A DNA stretch of 47,341 nt from a virus (Duplodnaviria > Caudoviricetes): positions 1 to 47,341 of IMG/VR virus record IMGVR_UViG_3300031520_000005; one strand, 5' to 3'. This document shows, piece by piece, positions 27,564 through 36,222 of this stretch. How positions within the stretch are numbered: position 1 is the stretch's first letter; the number at the start of each line of letters is the position of its first letter. The translations under genes were made by a program, and so were the position numbers. The notes under the pieces are model-generated. The model searched no databases. It worked only from the letters and a program-made list of their open reading frames with translations, and was not told where the DNA came from.

Positions 27564-28409
27564 TCACTTCAATTTAATGGCGCGCAGTTCAGCCATCGCA
27601 ATATCAAACGTTGTCACCTTATCCACAAGACCCATGGCGCGGGCCTCAGAACCGACATGCACGCCCGCGTCTTTTATCGGTGTCATTTGCGCGTCCGTGA
27701 GGCTCCGCCCCTTCTGCACAGCAGCGAAGAACTGTTTGCCCACCACGTCAACACCCGCCTGCAAGCTCGCCTCTTGCTCCGGGGTGATTGCCTGCCCCGG
27801 ATAGCCCGCCGCCTTGAGTGCGCCCGTGCTTGCAAAAACGTAGCGGTTGCCTTTATCCTCTTGCTTCTTGCTGTCGTCAAGCAAGCCGCCTATCACGCCC
27901 ACACTGCCCACGTGTGCCGTGCTGTTGCAATAGACCCTGTTACACTGGCTTGCCATGAGGTAGCCGCCCGAACAGCCGCAATCGGAGATATAGGCGAATG
28001 TCGGCTTTGCGTTGGCGAGATTGGCAATATCGGCGGCAAGCGCAAACGCCCCGGACACAGTCCCGCCGGGGCTGTCTATCACAAGCATGGCCTTCTGCAC
28101 GGCAGGGTCGGCTTTCGCCTGCCGCACGAAGCCCTGCAAATCCTGCATGCCCCACAGCCCAAGCGATGGCGCGCCCTGCTTACTCAGCATCCCTTCAATG
28201 CTGATAACTGCAACGCCATTGTCAACTCTGTACGGCAGATCATAATTCTGATTATCGTTGTCGCCGTCGCCGTCAGTAGCGGCCTCAGCCGCGTAGTAGG
28301 CGCGAAGGTGTGCCCGGTCATTTATCTGTTCTAGGGCGGCGGCAAACGCTTGGAACCGCGTGCCCTCTACCATGTACGGACCGACGGGGATAAAAGCGGC
28401 TAAGTTCAT
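27564..28409 (-). CDS. S49-family prohead protease
   Basis: IDSPGG...CSGGYLMAS...VGSVGV motifs. Confidence 0.9.
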   Translation of the reverse strand: MNLAAFIPVGPYMVEGTRFQAFAAALEQINDRAHLRAYYAAEAATDGDGDNDNQNYDLPYRVDNGVAVISIEGMLSKQGAPSLGLWGMQDLQGFVRQAKADPAVQKAMLVIDSPGGTVSGAFALAADIANLANAKPTFAYISDCGCSGGYLMASQCNRVYCNSTAHVGSVGVIGGLLDDSKKQEDKGNRYVFASTGALKAAGYPGQAITPEQEASLQAGVDVVGKQFFAAVQKGRSLTDAQMTPIKDAGVHVGSEARAMGLVDKVTTFDIAMAELRAIKLK

Positions 28410-28419
28410 GGATAATCTC

Positions 28420-29901
28420 CTAAGCCGCTCCTGCGGGCGGCGCCTGCTCCGACCCCGGCTTCGGTGCGGGATTGGTATTCGGTGCGGGATTGGTATTCGG
28501 TGCGGGATTGGTATTCGGCAAGGCAGGAACGGTTGCCTTAACTACAATCGCCGCCATTGCGTCAAGTTTGCCCACGTCCACGGGGTTGTGCCCGTGCAGC
28601 ACCTCGCCGACGGTATCGCTGTCAATCAATCCCACCACATAATCACCTAAGACGTTTGTGCGCTCAATGGCGCGGGCTTGCTGCTCTACCAAAGCATCCA
28701 GCGGGGCCATCGGGCGCACGTCGGCGCGGGCACGAAAGGGTAGGCCTAGCAGGCGCAGGTGCTCGGAAGCCACCCACTCGACTATGCCGTTGACAATGTG
28801 CCGCACGGTTTCTAACTTGTGGCGCGTGATGTTATACTGCGACACGGCGTAGGCTTGCGTGCCGCCGTCGGTTTCCCCCATCATGGCGGGCAGTTGGTCA
28901 AGCGAGGCATACAGGCGAAACCGCTGCGCTTTTAGCGGGTCGGACAGGGCGGCAAGTGCCCCCGCGCCAGAGAGTATCCCAAGCTCAGCCCCCTCTAACT
29001 TGATGAAGGTCTTTTCTTGGGACTGCCCGGCCAGCACTTTGGCGAATGCGTCAAACTGCGCAAGTGCCCAATCTGCCGCTGAGAGCTGTCTGCCGTCTTT
29101 GTCAGTAAACATGCCCGAATTGAGTGGGTCTTTCAGCGACTCAAGGGCGAACTGGTACAACGTTTGCAACGGGAAGTTTGCCCACTTTTGGGGCCACACG
29201 GCAGTATCAAACGCGTCATCGGCCCTACGCTGATTGGCAATGTCTCTTAACCCCGGCGTGAGGGCTTGCGCCAGCTTCGGCTTGCCGTAGGGATTGTCGC
29301 GGTCAGGCCAAAGCGCGTTGTACCGGCACCACTGCGCGTCAAGTTCTTTCGGCTGCCCGCCCTGGCTTTGCTTCAACACGTACCCGCCCGCCGGGTCTTC
29401 GGCAAAAAGGCAGGTGAGCGGATCAAACGGATAAACGGCCTCTAAGCCCCGCCCGCGCACGCTCGGCACAATCTCTACCGGAGACGCGCCGCCCCACGCG
29501 AAGGCATCATAGCAAAGGTGCTGAAAACCGAGCAGGCCGCCATAGGGCGCAAAGAGGCGGGGCAGGTCGGCGTCAAGCACGGCAGTGGCGTTGCGGTCAA
29601 TAATGTTTCGCCCGCGCAGGTCTTTGTCATTGCCCACCGCCACCACATTGGTATCGCCGGGGGCAAAGCCAAGCGCAAGGTCATTGGAGCGGGCCAGCGC
29701 GAAATACTCATGCGAGGCGTGCAGGTACCTCAGCAGGCGGTTCGGGGCGGTGAGTGACCACAGACGAATACCCTCAACGCCACTTGTTTGCGCCGCCAGC
29801 AAGAAGCGTTCGGTGTTAGTATCCCATCCGCGCCGGGGCACGATGCCGAGGCCCGTTGCGCCGTAGGCATTGATGTATTCGGGGCGCGTTGTTGGCAGCA
29901 T
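28420..29901 (-). CDS. Portal protein
   Basis: 493 aa, between TerL and the protease; DNPYGKPKL motif. Confidence 0.8.
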   Translation of the reverse strand: MLPTTRPEYINAYGATGLGIVPRRGWDTNTERFLLAAQTSGVEGIRLWSLTAPNRLLRYLHASHEYFALARSNDLALGFAPGDTNVVAVGNDKDLRGRNIIDRNATAVLDADLPRLFAPYGGLLGFQHLCYDAFAWGGASPVEIVPSVRGRGLEAVYPFDPLTCLFAEDPAGGYVLKQSQGGQPKELDAQWCRYNALWPDRDNPYGKPKLAQALTPGLRDIANQRRADDAFDTAVWPQKWANFPLQTLYQFALESLKDPLNSGMFTDKDGRQLSAADWALAQFDAFAKVLAGQSQEKTFIKLEGAELGILSGAGALAALSDPLKAQRFRLYASLDQLPAMMGETDGGTQAYAVSQYNITRHKLETVRHIVNGIVEWVASEHLRLLGLPFRARADVRPMAPLDALVEQQARAIERTNVLGDYVVGLIDSDTVGEVLHGHNPVDVGKLDAMAAIVVKATVPALPNTNPAPNTNPAPNTNPAPKPGSEQAPPAGAA

Positions 29902-29964
29902 GATAGGTGAGTCAGACTCTGAATGATAGGTGAGTCAGATTCTGACTTTAGGCAGGAGGAATAA

Positions 29965-31467
29965 TCACTGCGCGGCCCCGATGAGGCGGCTCATGCCATA
30001 AGCGGGGCGTTTGGCACTCTCGCCGCAGGTAGTCAGTTCGGTGAACGCATCGCTTCCGCTGTCTACAATGTCATCGTTTCTGCCGTTTGGGAAAGCGCGC
30101 AATTCGGCAATCACAACAGCGTTCCACGACGCGCGAAGCATCTTTACGTTCCCGGCATTCACCTGGCTAGCAAAAGCCCGCGCCCGCACTTCTTTACTGC
30201 CGCTTATCGGCTCGGCCTTCACAACGTACCCCGCAAGCATACGCACAAGTGCTGCCGCATCGCGCTTGCCCGCACTGCCGGGGTCTTGCGCAAGCCGAAT
30301 AGTCACGCCGCGCCCGTCAAGAGCGGCAGTCTGTTTTATCTCGGCATCGGCTTCGTCCGGCCCCCACTGCCCGCGCCGAAGGTCGGCAATGTAGTACCTG
30401 CCCGCGCCGTCCGTTTGAAGCTGAAAGCCGCTTGTAAAGTCGCCCTTGCCGACGCTTGCCGCAATATCCCAGCCGCGACACCCGCGCAGCCCAGCAGGCA
30501 AAGCGTCAACAATCTCAATTTGTGCGGGCTTGAAAAAAGAGCCTTCCGGCACGGTGGGATTCTGCTGGTACAATGCTTCCCAAGAGCGTTCGCCTTCGTT
30601 TTGCAGCAGCACCCCTTTGATACGCGCAAGGGCAGCAAGGTTGTACCGCTCAGGCCACAACGCCGCGCCGGGAGCGCGGCCTATCGGGTCATCATTGCCT
30701 GCGATGGCCGGGAGCTTGAGTACCGTCCATCGCCCCGGCTCAGAAGCAACGGCACGCGCACCGATGTCATCTTCCTGCCATAGCGTCATAATCAGCACAA
30801 TCGCCCCGCCTGGCTCTAGGCGGGTATAAAGGTCATCGGTGTACCAATCCCACACCGACTCGCGGTAGGTTTCGCTGTCTGCATCTTGACGGCGGCGTAT
30901 CGGGTCATCAACAACAATACGCTGAAAGCCTGTTCCTGTTGGTGGGGAACCGACGCCACGCGCCATATACAAGCCGCCCGCGTTAGTTTCCCACTCATCA
31001 GACGCGCTTTTGCCTACGGCGACTAACCCGCGCACTTTGGCAAGGTTACGGGTGCGCCGCCCGAACTTGCGGGCAAACCGCTCGTTATAGCCCGTGACAA
31101 GCACGTTGTCTGTTGGGGTGCGCTCTAAATGATACAACGGGTAACGATACGTGACGCTTTCGCTTTTTGCATGGCGCGGAGGCATGTGAATAGCAAGGCG
31201 GTCTATCTCGCCGCGCTCTACTGCGTCAAGATGCTCTGCTATCAGGCGAATGTGCGCCGGGTCCGCCGTCCATCCTGACGGGAGAGTAGCACGGAGGTAT
31301 GACAGGTAATCGGGCGAGGGCAGCTCAGTAATAAAAGGCGGCGGGCTTTGCGTTACGGCCCGCTGTTCGTACACGGCTTCAAGAGCCGCTAGGAGCTTCC
31401 GCTTGCCCGTCACTGGTAAGGAGCGCCAAGAGCTTGGCAATTCTGGTGTCGATATCAATCTGACCAT
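29965..31467 (-). CDS. terL: Terminase large subunit
   Basis: MPPRHAKS (Walker A), IVVDDP (Walker B), GWDIA and NDDIVD nuclease motifs. Confidence 0.95.
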   Translation of the reverse strand: MVRLISTPELPSSWRSLPVTGKRKLLAALEAVYEQRAVTQSPPPFITELPSPDYLSYLRATLPSGWTADPAHIRLIAEHLDAVERGEIDRLAIHMPPRHAKSESVTYRYPLYHLERTPTDNVLVTGYNERFARKFGRRTRNLAKVRGLVAVGKSASDEWETNAGGLYMARGVGSPPTGTGFQRIVVDDPIRRRQDADSETYRESVWDWYTDDLYTRLEPGGAIVLIMTLWQEDDIGARAVASEPGRWTVLKLPAIAGNDDPIGRAPGAALWPERYNLAALARIKGVLLQNEGERSWEALYQQNPTVPEGSFFKPAQIEIVDALPAGLRGCRGWDIAASVGKGDFTSGFQLQTDGAGRYYIADLRRGQWGPDEADAEIKQTAALDGRGVTIRLAQDPGSAGKRDAAALVRMLAGYVVKAEPISGSKEVRARAFASQVNAGNVKMLRASWNAVVIAELRAFPNGRNDDIVDSGSDAFTELTTCGESAKRPAYGMSRLIGAAQ

Positions 31468-31855
31468 GCCCCACGCCAAAACCACCCTCAACAGCAGGCG
31501 CGACAATCTCAAATGCCCATTTCGCGGGGCCACGCTTTGCCGAGCGAACCGACTTTTTGACAATCACCTTGCCGTCGGGAAGGATTGTGCTTTCCTCGCT
31601 TTCCCAAACCTCCGTCACGCCGTTCATAGCCGCAATTATCTTTTGGCGGAATACCTCTTCCACTTTGTCAAGGTCTGTTTTGGCAAACGCCCGCCTCGCG
31701 CGCGTGACTAGGTCAGAAAAGTCAGGTTTTTGGAGCCATTCATAAAATGTTTCCTTGCTGATGCCTGCCGCTTCATACGCCGCTTTTTGGGAGCCGGTGC
31801 GTGTAAGGACGCGGACAATCACCTCGTTGATGTAGGCGTCCCCATATTTAGTCAT
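31379..31855 (-). CDS. terS: Terminase small subunit (HTH)
   Basis: KAAYEAAGISKETFYEW..PDFS HTH; overlaps the TerL start. Confidence 0.8.
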   Translation of the reverse strand: MTKYGDAYINEVIVRVLTRTGSQKAAYEAAGISKETFYEWLQKPDFSDLVTRARRAFAKTDLDKVEEVFRQKIIAAMNGVTEVWESEESTILPDGKVIVKKSVRSAKRGPAKWAFEIVAPAVEGGFGVGHGQIDIDTRIAKLLALLTSDGQAEAPSGS

Positions 31856-31908
31856 AACCCTGCCTTATTTAGTCATAGCCCTGCCTTATTTAGTCATAGC
31901 CCTGCCTT
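31845..31908 (-). repeat. 3 x 21-bp tandem repeat spanning the TerS start
   Basis: Minus strand reads AAGGCAGGG(C/T)TATGACTAAAT three times. Confidence 0.9.
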
Positions 31909-32288
31909 TTTCGCTCGTCACGATAAATCAAGGCCGGGTTAGACTTCCCAACATTGTCATGGATCACCTCATGGCAGTCGGTACAGAGTGAGAGACCGTT
32001 AGAAACCTCAAGGCGAGTTTCGGGGCTTTCGGAAATGGTCAGCAGATGATGGGCGATAATCTTGCCGTCTCGTGTGCCGCACATCTGGCAAGCGTGGTTG
32101 TCACGGTTTAAGACAGCCAGTTTCCACCGCTTGTAATCACTCCCTTGCGAATTAAGTCGCTGCTGCTTGTGCCAGCAGAGAGGCGAGCAAAAACGATGGT
32201 TGGCGTTCCTCTGGGCGAAGAGATTGGAGCATTTGACATAACCACAGGTGGCGAACATGATGCTGAAGAAAACCTTCTCTGCCGGCAA
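31890..32288 (-). CDS. HNH endonuclease (terminase-associated)
   Basis: VLNRDNHACQMCG...AHH...NGLSLCTDCH..IH. Confidence 0.88.
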   Translation of the reverse strand: MPAEKVFFSIMFATCGYVKCSNLFAQRNANHRFCSPLCWHKQQRLNSQGSDYKRWKLAVLNRDNHACQMCGTRDGKIIAHHLLTISESPETRLEVSNGLSLCTDCHEVIHDNVGKSNPALIYRDERKRQGYD

Positions 32289-32347
32289 CTGGCCTGCTTA
32301 AAGTCATCGATTGTGTTCAGATGTTTTGGCATTAAATCCAATCCCCA

Positions 32348-32605
32348 CTAAGCCCTCAGCCTTCGCCACCCGCACCGCTCCCACCCAACCCGCTCCAAGA
32401 GAGGTGTCATCATAGTTCCGGTTTTTATCAGCTTGCCGGGCGCATCGGCAATCACCCGCGAGTTAATCCGCGTTTCGGCCTGGCTAAGCTGCTGCTCTAG
32501 AGCTTCCAGGCTCAGCCCCAAGCGCAGGGCAATGAGTTCCGGCGACTGGTTCAGGCGATGCAGGGCTTCCCAAAATCTTAAATCCCACTCGCGCGGGGTG
32601 AGCAT
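32348..32605 (-). CDS. Sigma region-4-like HTH protein (candidate late activator)
   Basis: MLTPREW...ELIALRLGLS...QAETRI; sits just before the packaging genes. Confidence 0.55.
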   Translation of the reverse strand: MLTPREWDLRFWEALHRLNQSPELIALRLGLSLEALEQQLSQAETRINSRVIADAPGKLIKTGTMMTPLLERVGWERCGWRRLRA

Positions 32606-32615
32606 GCGCAGTATC

Positions 32616-32852
32616 CTAAAGCGGCTTGCCGTTGGCGCGGGACTGCGCGGGAAAGGCAAAGCGTCCGGCGTCCGGGATTTGCTTGCCCAGTGCGTTCGGC
32701 TCGTGGATTGACCAGTCTTTCTCGCCGTGCGGGGTATAGGGCACGCCTTTGTATTGCAGCTTTGTCTGCTCGCAAGCCACTGCCAAAGCCTGGTCATACT
32801 GCCGGACGGTTTGCCGCTGAGCGTTTCGGCGGGCACTACGCGGGCTGGGCAT
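32616..32852 (-). CDS. Hypothetical protein
   Basis: AGAGGA RBS before MPSPRSARRNAQ. Confidence 0.5.
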   Translation of the reverse strand: MPSPRSARRNAQRQTVRQYDQALAVACEQTKLQYKGVPYTPHGEKDWSIHEPNALGKQIPDAGRFAFPAQSRANGKPL

Positions 32853-32963
32853 GGGGACAATCCTCTGGGGGCAGACAGACAAAAACCCAGCGCATATGCT
32901 TTTTCAAGCGGCTGGGTTACGGAGTTTAACGTCTCACGCATTGGACGCGGGGTTGTTCTATAT

Positions 32964-33236
32964 TTATCTTACGAGAGTTTGGGCGCCCGTGTCAACGCTT
33001 TTTGTCTTGGTTTCCTTCGTTTCGGAGGATTTCAAGCCGAGCCGCCTTAGTTGTTGCTCTGACAGCCCGGTTTCCTCTGGCAAGTTGTGCAGCCGGGGCA
33101 GAGGAACGGCGGGGTGGTTTTGCGCCCAATACGCTTGATACTCAGCCCAGACCTTGCGCGGCTTTCTGTATTTGCAGAACTGCGCCCCCCGGCTTTCATA
33201 GCCGCCCGTCATGCTGATTGTCGGCGCGTCATTCAT
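32964..33236 (-). CDS. Hypothetical protein
   Basis: ATGA overlap with the upstream gene. Confidence 0.55.
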   Translation of the reverse strand: MNDAPTISMTGGYESRGAQFCKYRKPRKVWAEYQAYWAQNHPAVPLPRLHNLPEETGLSEQQLRRLGLKSSETKETKTKSVDTGAQTLVR

Positions 33237-33652
33237 AGGGGGTTGCGTTTTCGCTTGGCCCTCGAACGCGCAACGCCTCTTGCACTTGCCTTAGCCTGCC
33301 TGCCCCCGCCGACCGCCTTGTCGGACGCGAGCCTCGAACGCGCAACGCCTCTTGCACTTGCCTTAGCTCTGCATTCAGCGCTACAAATGATTTGACGGCC
33401 ATGGGTTGCTACGAACGAGTTGCCGCAGATTGTGCAGCCGACAACGCTAGGTTCTTCAGGTAAGAGGGGCCAAACAATGGGGAAAAATACTTCCCCCCAC
33501 ACGTCTACCCACCCTCCTTCGGGTTTGCTAGAGCGGCGACAGATTACCTGTTGAATAATTTGAGGGTATTGCTCAAAGCTTCCATAGCAAAGGATTGGGG
33601 CGTCGCTGTTTGTCGGTGCAGTTGCTATAAGTTGCCACGGGGTTTGCGTCAT
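33233..33652 (-). CDS. Hypothetical protein (WQLIATAP N-terminus, zinc finger) carrying an in-frame 72-bp repeat-spacer insertion
   Basis: CTIC...CSAEC followed by AKASARGVARSR-LASDKAVGGGRQ-AKASARGVARSR. Confidence 0.7.
   Translation of the reverse strand: MTQTPWQLIATAPTNSDAPILCYGSFEQYPQIIQQVICRRSSKPEGGWVDVWGEVFFPIVWPLLPEEPSVVGCTICGNSFVATHGRQIICSAECRAKASARGVARSRLASDKAVGGGRQAKASARGVARSRAKRKRNPL
33260..33367 (-). CRISPR. CRISPR-like repeat-spacer-repeat unit (36/36/36 bp) with a non-canonical repeat; the spacer matches this phage at 44309-44344
   Basis: Repeats 33260-33295 and 33332-33367 are identical (CCTCGAACGCGCAACGCCTCTTGCACTTGCCTTAGC). Spacer CTGCCTGCCCCCGCCGACCGCCTTGTCGGACGCGAG is identical to 44309-44344. 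Confidence 0.75.
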
Positions 33653-33711
33653 TGGTTTAGTCCTGTCCCAGCATCAGCGAGGGCGTGCAGAGCGGCGCGG
33701 TAAAACATCCC

Positions 33712-33748
33712 GTTGCACCCGCCTCTAGGGGCGGGTGAGGATTGAAAC
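33712..33748 (+). CRISPR. Solitary type I-C-like CRISPR repeat (37 bp)
   Basis: GTTGCACCCGCCTCTAGGGGCGGGTGAGGATTGAAAC: GTTGCA start, CACCCGCC/GGCGGGTG stem, 11-nt AGGATTGAAAC 3' end; intergenic and abuts the dnaB stop; no second copy seen. Confidence 0.85.
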
Positions 33749-35146
33749 TTAAAATCCATCCTCTTGCCAGTCGTCAAAACGAGCAAAGCCGGGGGCAAAG
33801 CCGAGCTTGACATGTCCGGTCGGGCCGTTGCGGTGCTTGGCGAAGATAAGTTCCGTTTCTTCCAGAGCCGCGACGGGGGGCGCGTCGCCCAGCGCTCCCT
33901 TGCGCCGGTAATAGCTTTCGCGGTACAAAAAGCACACCAGGTCTGCGTCCTGCTCGATGTCGCCCGACTCGCGCAAATCAGACAGCAAGGGCCGCTTGTT
34001 TTCCCGGCTTTCCACACTGCGCGAAAGCTGAGACAGCGCCAGCACGGGCACGCCGAAGTCGCGGGCAAGCTGCTTGAGACCACGGCTGATACTGCCGACT
34101 GCCTGCGTCCGGTTCTCGGTTTTCTCATCGGCCTGCATGAGCTGCAGGTAGTCCACGACAATGAGCGACAGCGGCGCAGTGCGTTCCAAGCGGCGGCACT
34201 CGCGGGCGATGAAGGCGGGCGTGGCGCGGGTGTCATCGCAGATAAAGAGCGGCGCGTCGTAAAACTCATTGGCGGCAATATTGGTCTGCTCAAACTGGGC
34301 GGGCGTGAGCCGCCCCGCATTGAAGGCTTGGCTCGGCACCTCGCCCCGGCTGCAAATAATCCGCTTGGTGAGCTGATCCATGGACATTTCAAGGCTGAAT
34401 ACGGCGACTGTTTCGCGGCGGTCAATGGCAGCGCGCAGGCCAATCTCTAGGCCCAAAGCGGTCTTGCCCATGCTCGGACGGGCGGCCAGTATCACGAGGT
34501 CTGAGGGCTGCAGTCCCCCGGTCATGGCATCAATGTCCCGGAAGCCGGTGGGCAGCCCCATCATGCGCCCGCCCTGCTCGGCGTTCGCTTCTGCCTGCTC
34601 CATCAGGCGCAGAACGGCGGAAGCCAGCTTTTCGCAGGCGGCGGCACCGCGACGGGTTTCAATGGCGGCAAGGCGGCTTTGGGCGGCAGACAACACCGCG
34701 CCGCTCTCAGCGTCATGGGCAAGCGCGGCGGACTGCGTGGCCTGGGCCGCGTCAAGGGCCTGCCGCAGAACACTTTTCTCCCGCACGATCCGGGCGTAAT
34801 GCTCAACGTTAAGGGCCGTGGGCACGGTGTCAAACAGGGCTGTGAGAAACACGATCCCACCGACGCGCTCTAACAGGCCCCGCCGCGATAGCTCTGCCTG
34901 CATGGTCAAGAGGTCAACGGGCCGCGCCTGCCGGGTGAGGTCAAGAATAGCGGAAAACACGGCGAAATGCTCGGACCAGTAGAAGTCGCTCGCCGTGACA
35001 AGGGCCGTCGCTGCGTCTATGGCGCTGGCTAAGATCAGCATGGAGCCAAGTGTCGCTTGCTCAGCTTCAATGTTCTGGGGCGGCAGGTACGGCTCGGGGG
35101 TAGGCAAATTGGTTGCGGGCAAAGGGGCATATTTGTTTTTGGTCAC
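33749..35146 (-). CDS. dnaB: Replicative DNA helicase
   Basis: PPQNIEAEQ, ILAARPSMGKT, FSLEMS, VVDYLQL, LSQLSR, DLRESGDIEQDAD, KHRNGP. Confidence 0.97.
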   Translation of the reverse strand: MTKNKYAPLPATNLPTPEPYLPPQNIEAEQATLGSMLILASAIDAATALVTASDFYWSEHFAVFSAILDLTRQARPVDLLTMQAELSRRGLLERVGGIVFLTALFDTVPTALNVEHYARIVREKSVLRQALDAAQATQSAALAHDAESGAVLSAAQSRLAAIETRRGAAACEKLASAVLRLMEQAEANAEQGGRMMGLPTGFRDIDAMTGGLQPSDLVILAARPSMGKTALGLEIGLRAAIDRRETVAVFSLEMSMDQLTKRIICSRGEVPSQAFNAGRLTPAQFEQTNIAANEFYDAPLFICDDTRATPAFIARECRRLERTAPLSLIVVDYLQLMQADEKTENRTQAVGSISRGLKQLARDFGVPVLALSQLSRSVESRENKRPLLSDLRESGDIEQDADLVCFLYRESYYRRKGALGDAPPVAALEETELIFAKHRNGPTGHVKLGFAPGFARFDDWQEDGF

Positions 35147-36150
35147 TGGGCGGCTCCTTCGGCAAGGGCGGGGCTTGGTTTGGCAAGGGCGAGGCTTGGT
35201 TTGGCAAGGGCGGCGTCGGATTTAGGAAAGCGGGAGCGGAACGGCTGGGTCACAATCGGCACGCCCCCTGTTGCTGGGCTTCGGGCATCGGGTTCCGGCT
35301 CATCGCGCCATGCCCCGGCGTTCAGGTAGGTTGCCGGGTGCGGGATAAACGCCCCGCCATCTTTTGTCCAGGCACGGCTGCACTTTTGCCAGTCCAGGGC
35401 CGCCAGCATTGCCGCCAGCATGTCGGCATCGGGCTTTAGTTTCACCCACGCTTTCTCAGCGTCCGCAGGGTGCTTTTTCTTGGGATAGGCGCCGTAAAAC
35501 GCATCAAAGCGAAGCAGCAGAGAACTTCGCACCTTCACAGGTTCTTGTTCCGGGGTTGCGTGTGAAACAACTGTACACTCCGGCTCCGCAGGGGCCGTTC
35601 CCCCCCCGGGGGGGTTAGGGGGGTCTTCTCTTACAGAAGGAGTAGGAGAAGGAGTAGGAGAAGGAGTAGGAGAAGGAGTAGGAGACACGCGCGTGTAATG
35701 CTGTTCCTTGCCGTTCTCTGCCGATGCTTGCTGTTCCTTGCCGTTCTCTGCTGTTTGGGAGGCAGAATACTCTAAGAATTGCTGGTTAGGCGGGTAAAGT
35801 GAGCCTTTATCGTTTGTGCGCTTGCTGATATTGATATAGGATTGCCGTTTGAACCATGCGTCGGGCGGGAAGGCAATATACTGTTTGTCGCCGACTTCAT
35901 AGCGATCCCAGAGTCCCAGCCGTGCGATCTCGCTTAACACAGCGTCAATTTCTTGCTTTGGCGTGTCAAAGCCGGGGCAAACCAGCATCTTAAACTCGCG
36001 CGGGCTGCCTGGGAGCCGCCCCCAGTCGTCAGCTTGGGGAATTGCCATCATGTAAAGGGCGACGGCGAGGTATCCCTGCTCAGACTCGGAAAGCTCGGCA
36101 ATGCGCTCATCATGGGAAATATCACTAGACATGTCACGTTTTCGGCTCAT
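35143..36150 (-). CDS. Phage replication initiator / replisome organiser
   Basis: N-terminal ADDWGRL motif; central repeats (AENGKEQ x2, PTPS x4); C-terminal FDAFY.AYPKK...FIPHPATYLN; directly upstream of dnaB. Confidence 0.8.
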   Translation of the reverse strand: MSRKRDMSSDISHDERIAELSESEQGYLAVALYMMAIPQADDWGRLPGSPREFKMLVCPGFDTPKQEIDAVLSEIARLGLWDRYEVGDKQYIAFPPDAWFKRQSYINISKRTNDKGSLYPPNQQFLEYSASQTAENGKEQQASAENGKEQHYTRVSPTPSPTPSPTPSPTPSVREDPPNPPGGGTAPAEPECTVVSHATPEQEPVKVRSSLLLRFDAFYGAYPKKKHPADAEKAWVKLKPDADMLAAMLAALDWQKCSRAWTKDGGAFIPHPATYLNAGAWRDEPEPDARSPATGGVPIVTQPFRSRFPKSDAALAKPSLALAKPSPALAEGAAQ

Positions 36151-36222
36151 GTCGTTTCCTCCGGTTTTCTGTCAGTCTCGTTTTTCTTCAGCGGGCACTG
36201 CGCCTGGTGCTCCAGCTTGCCC

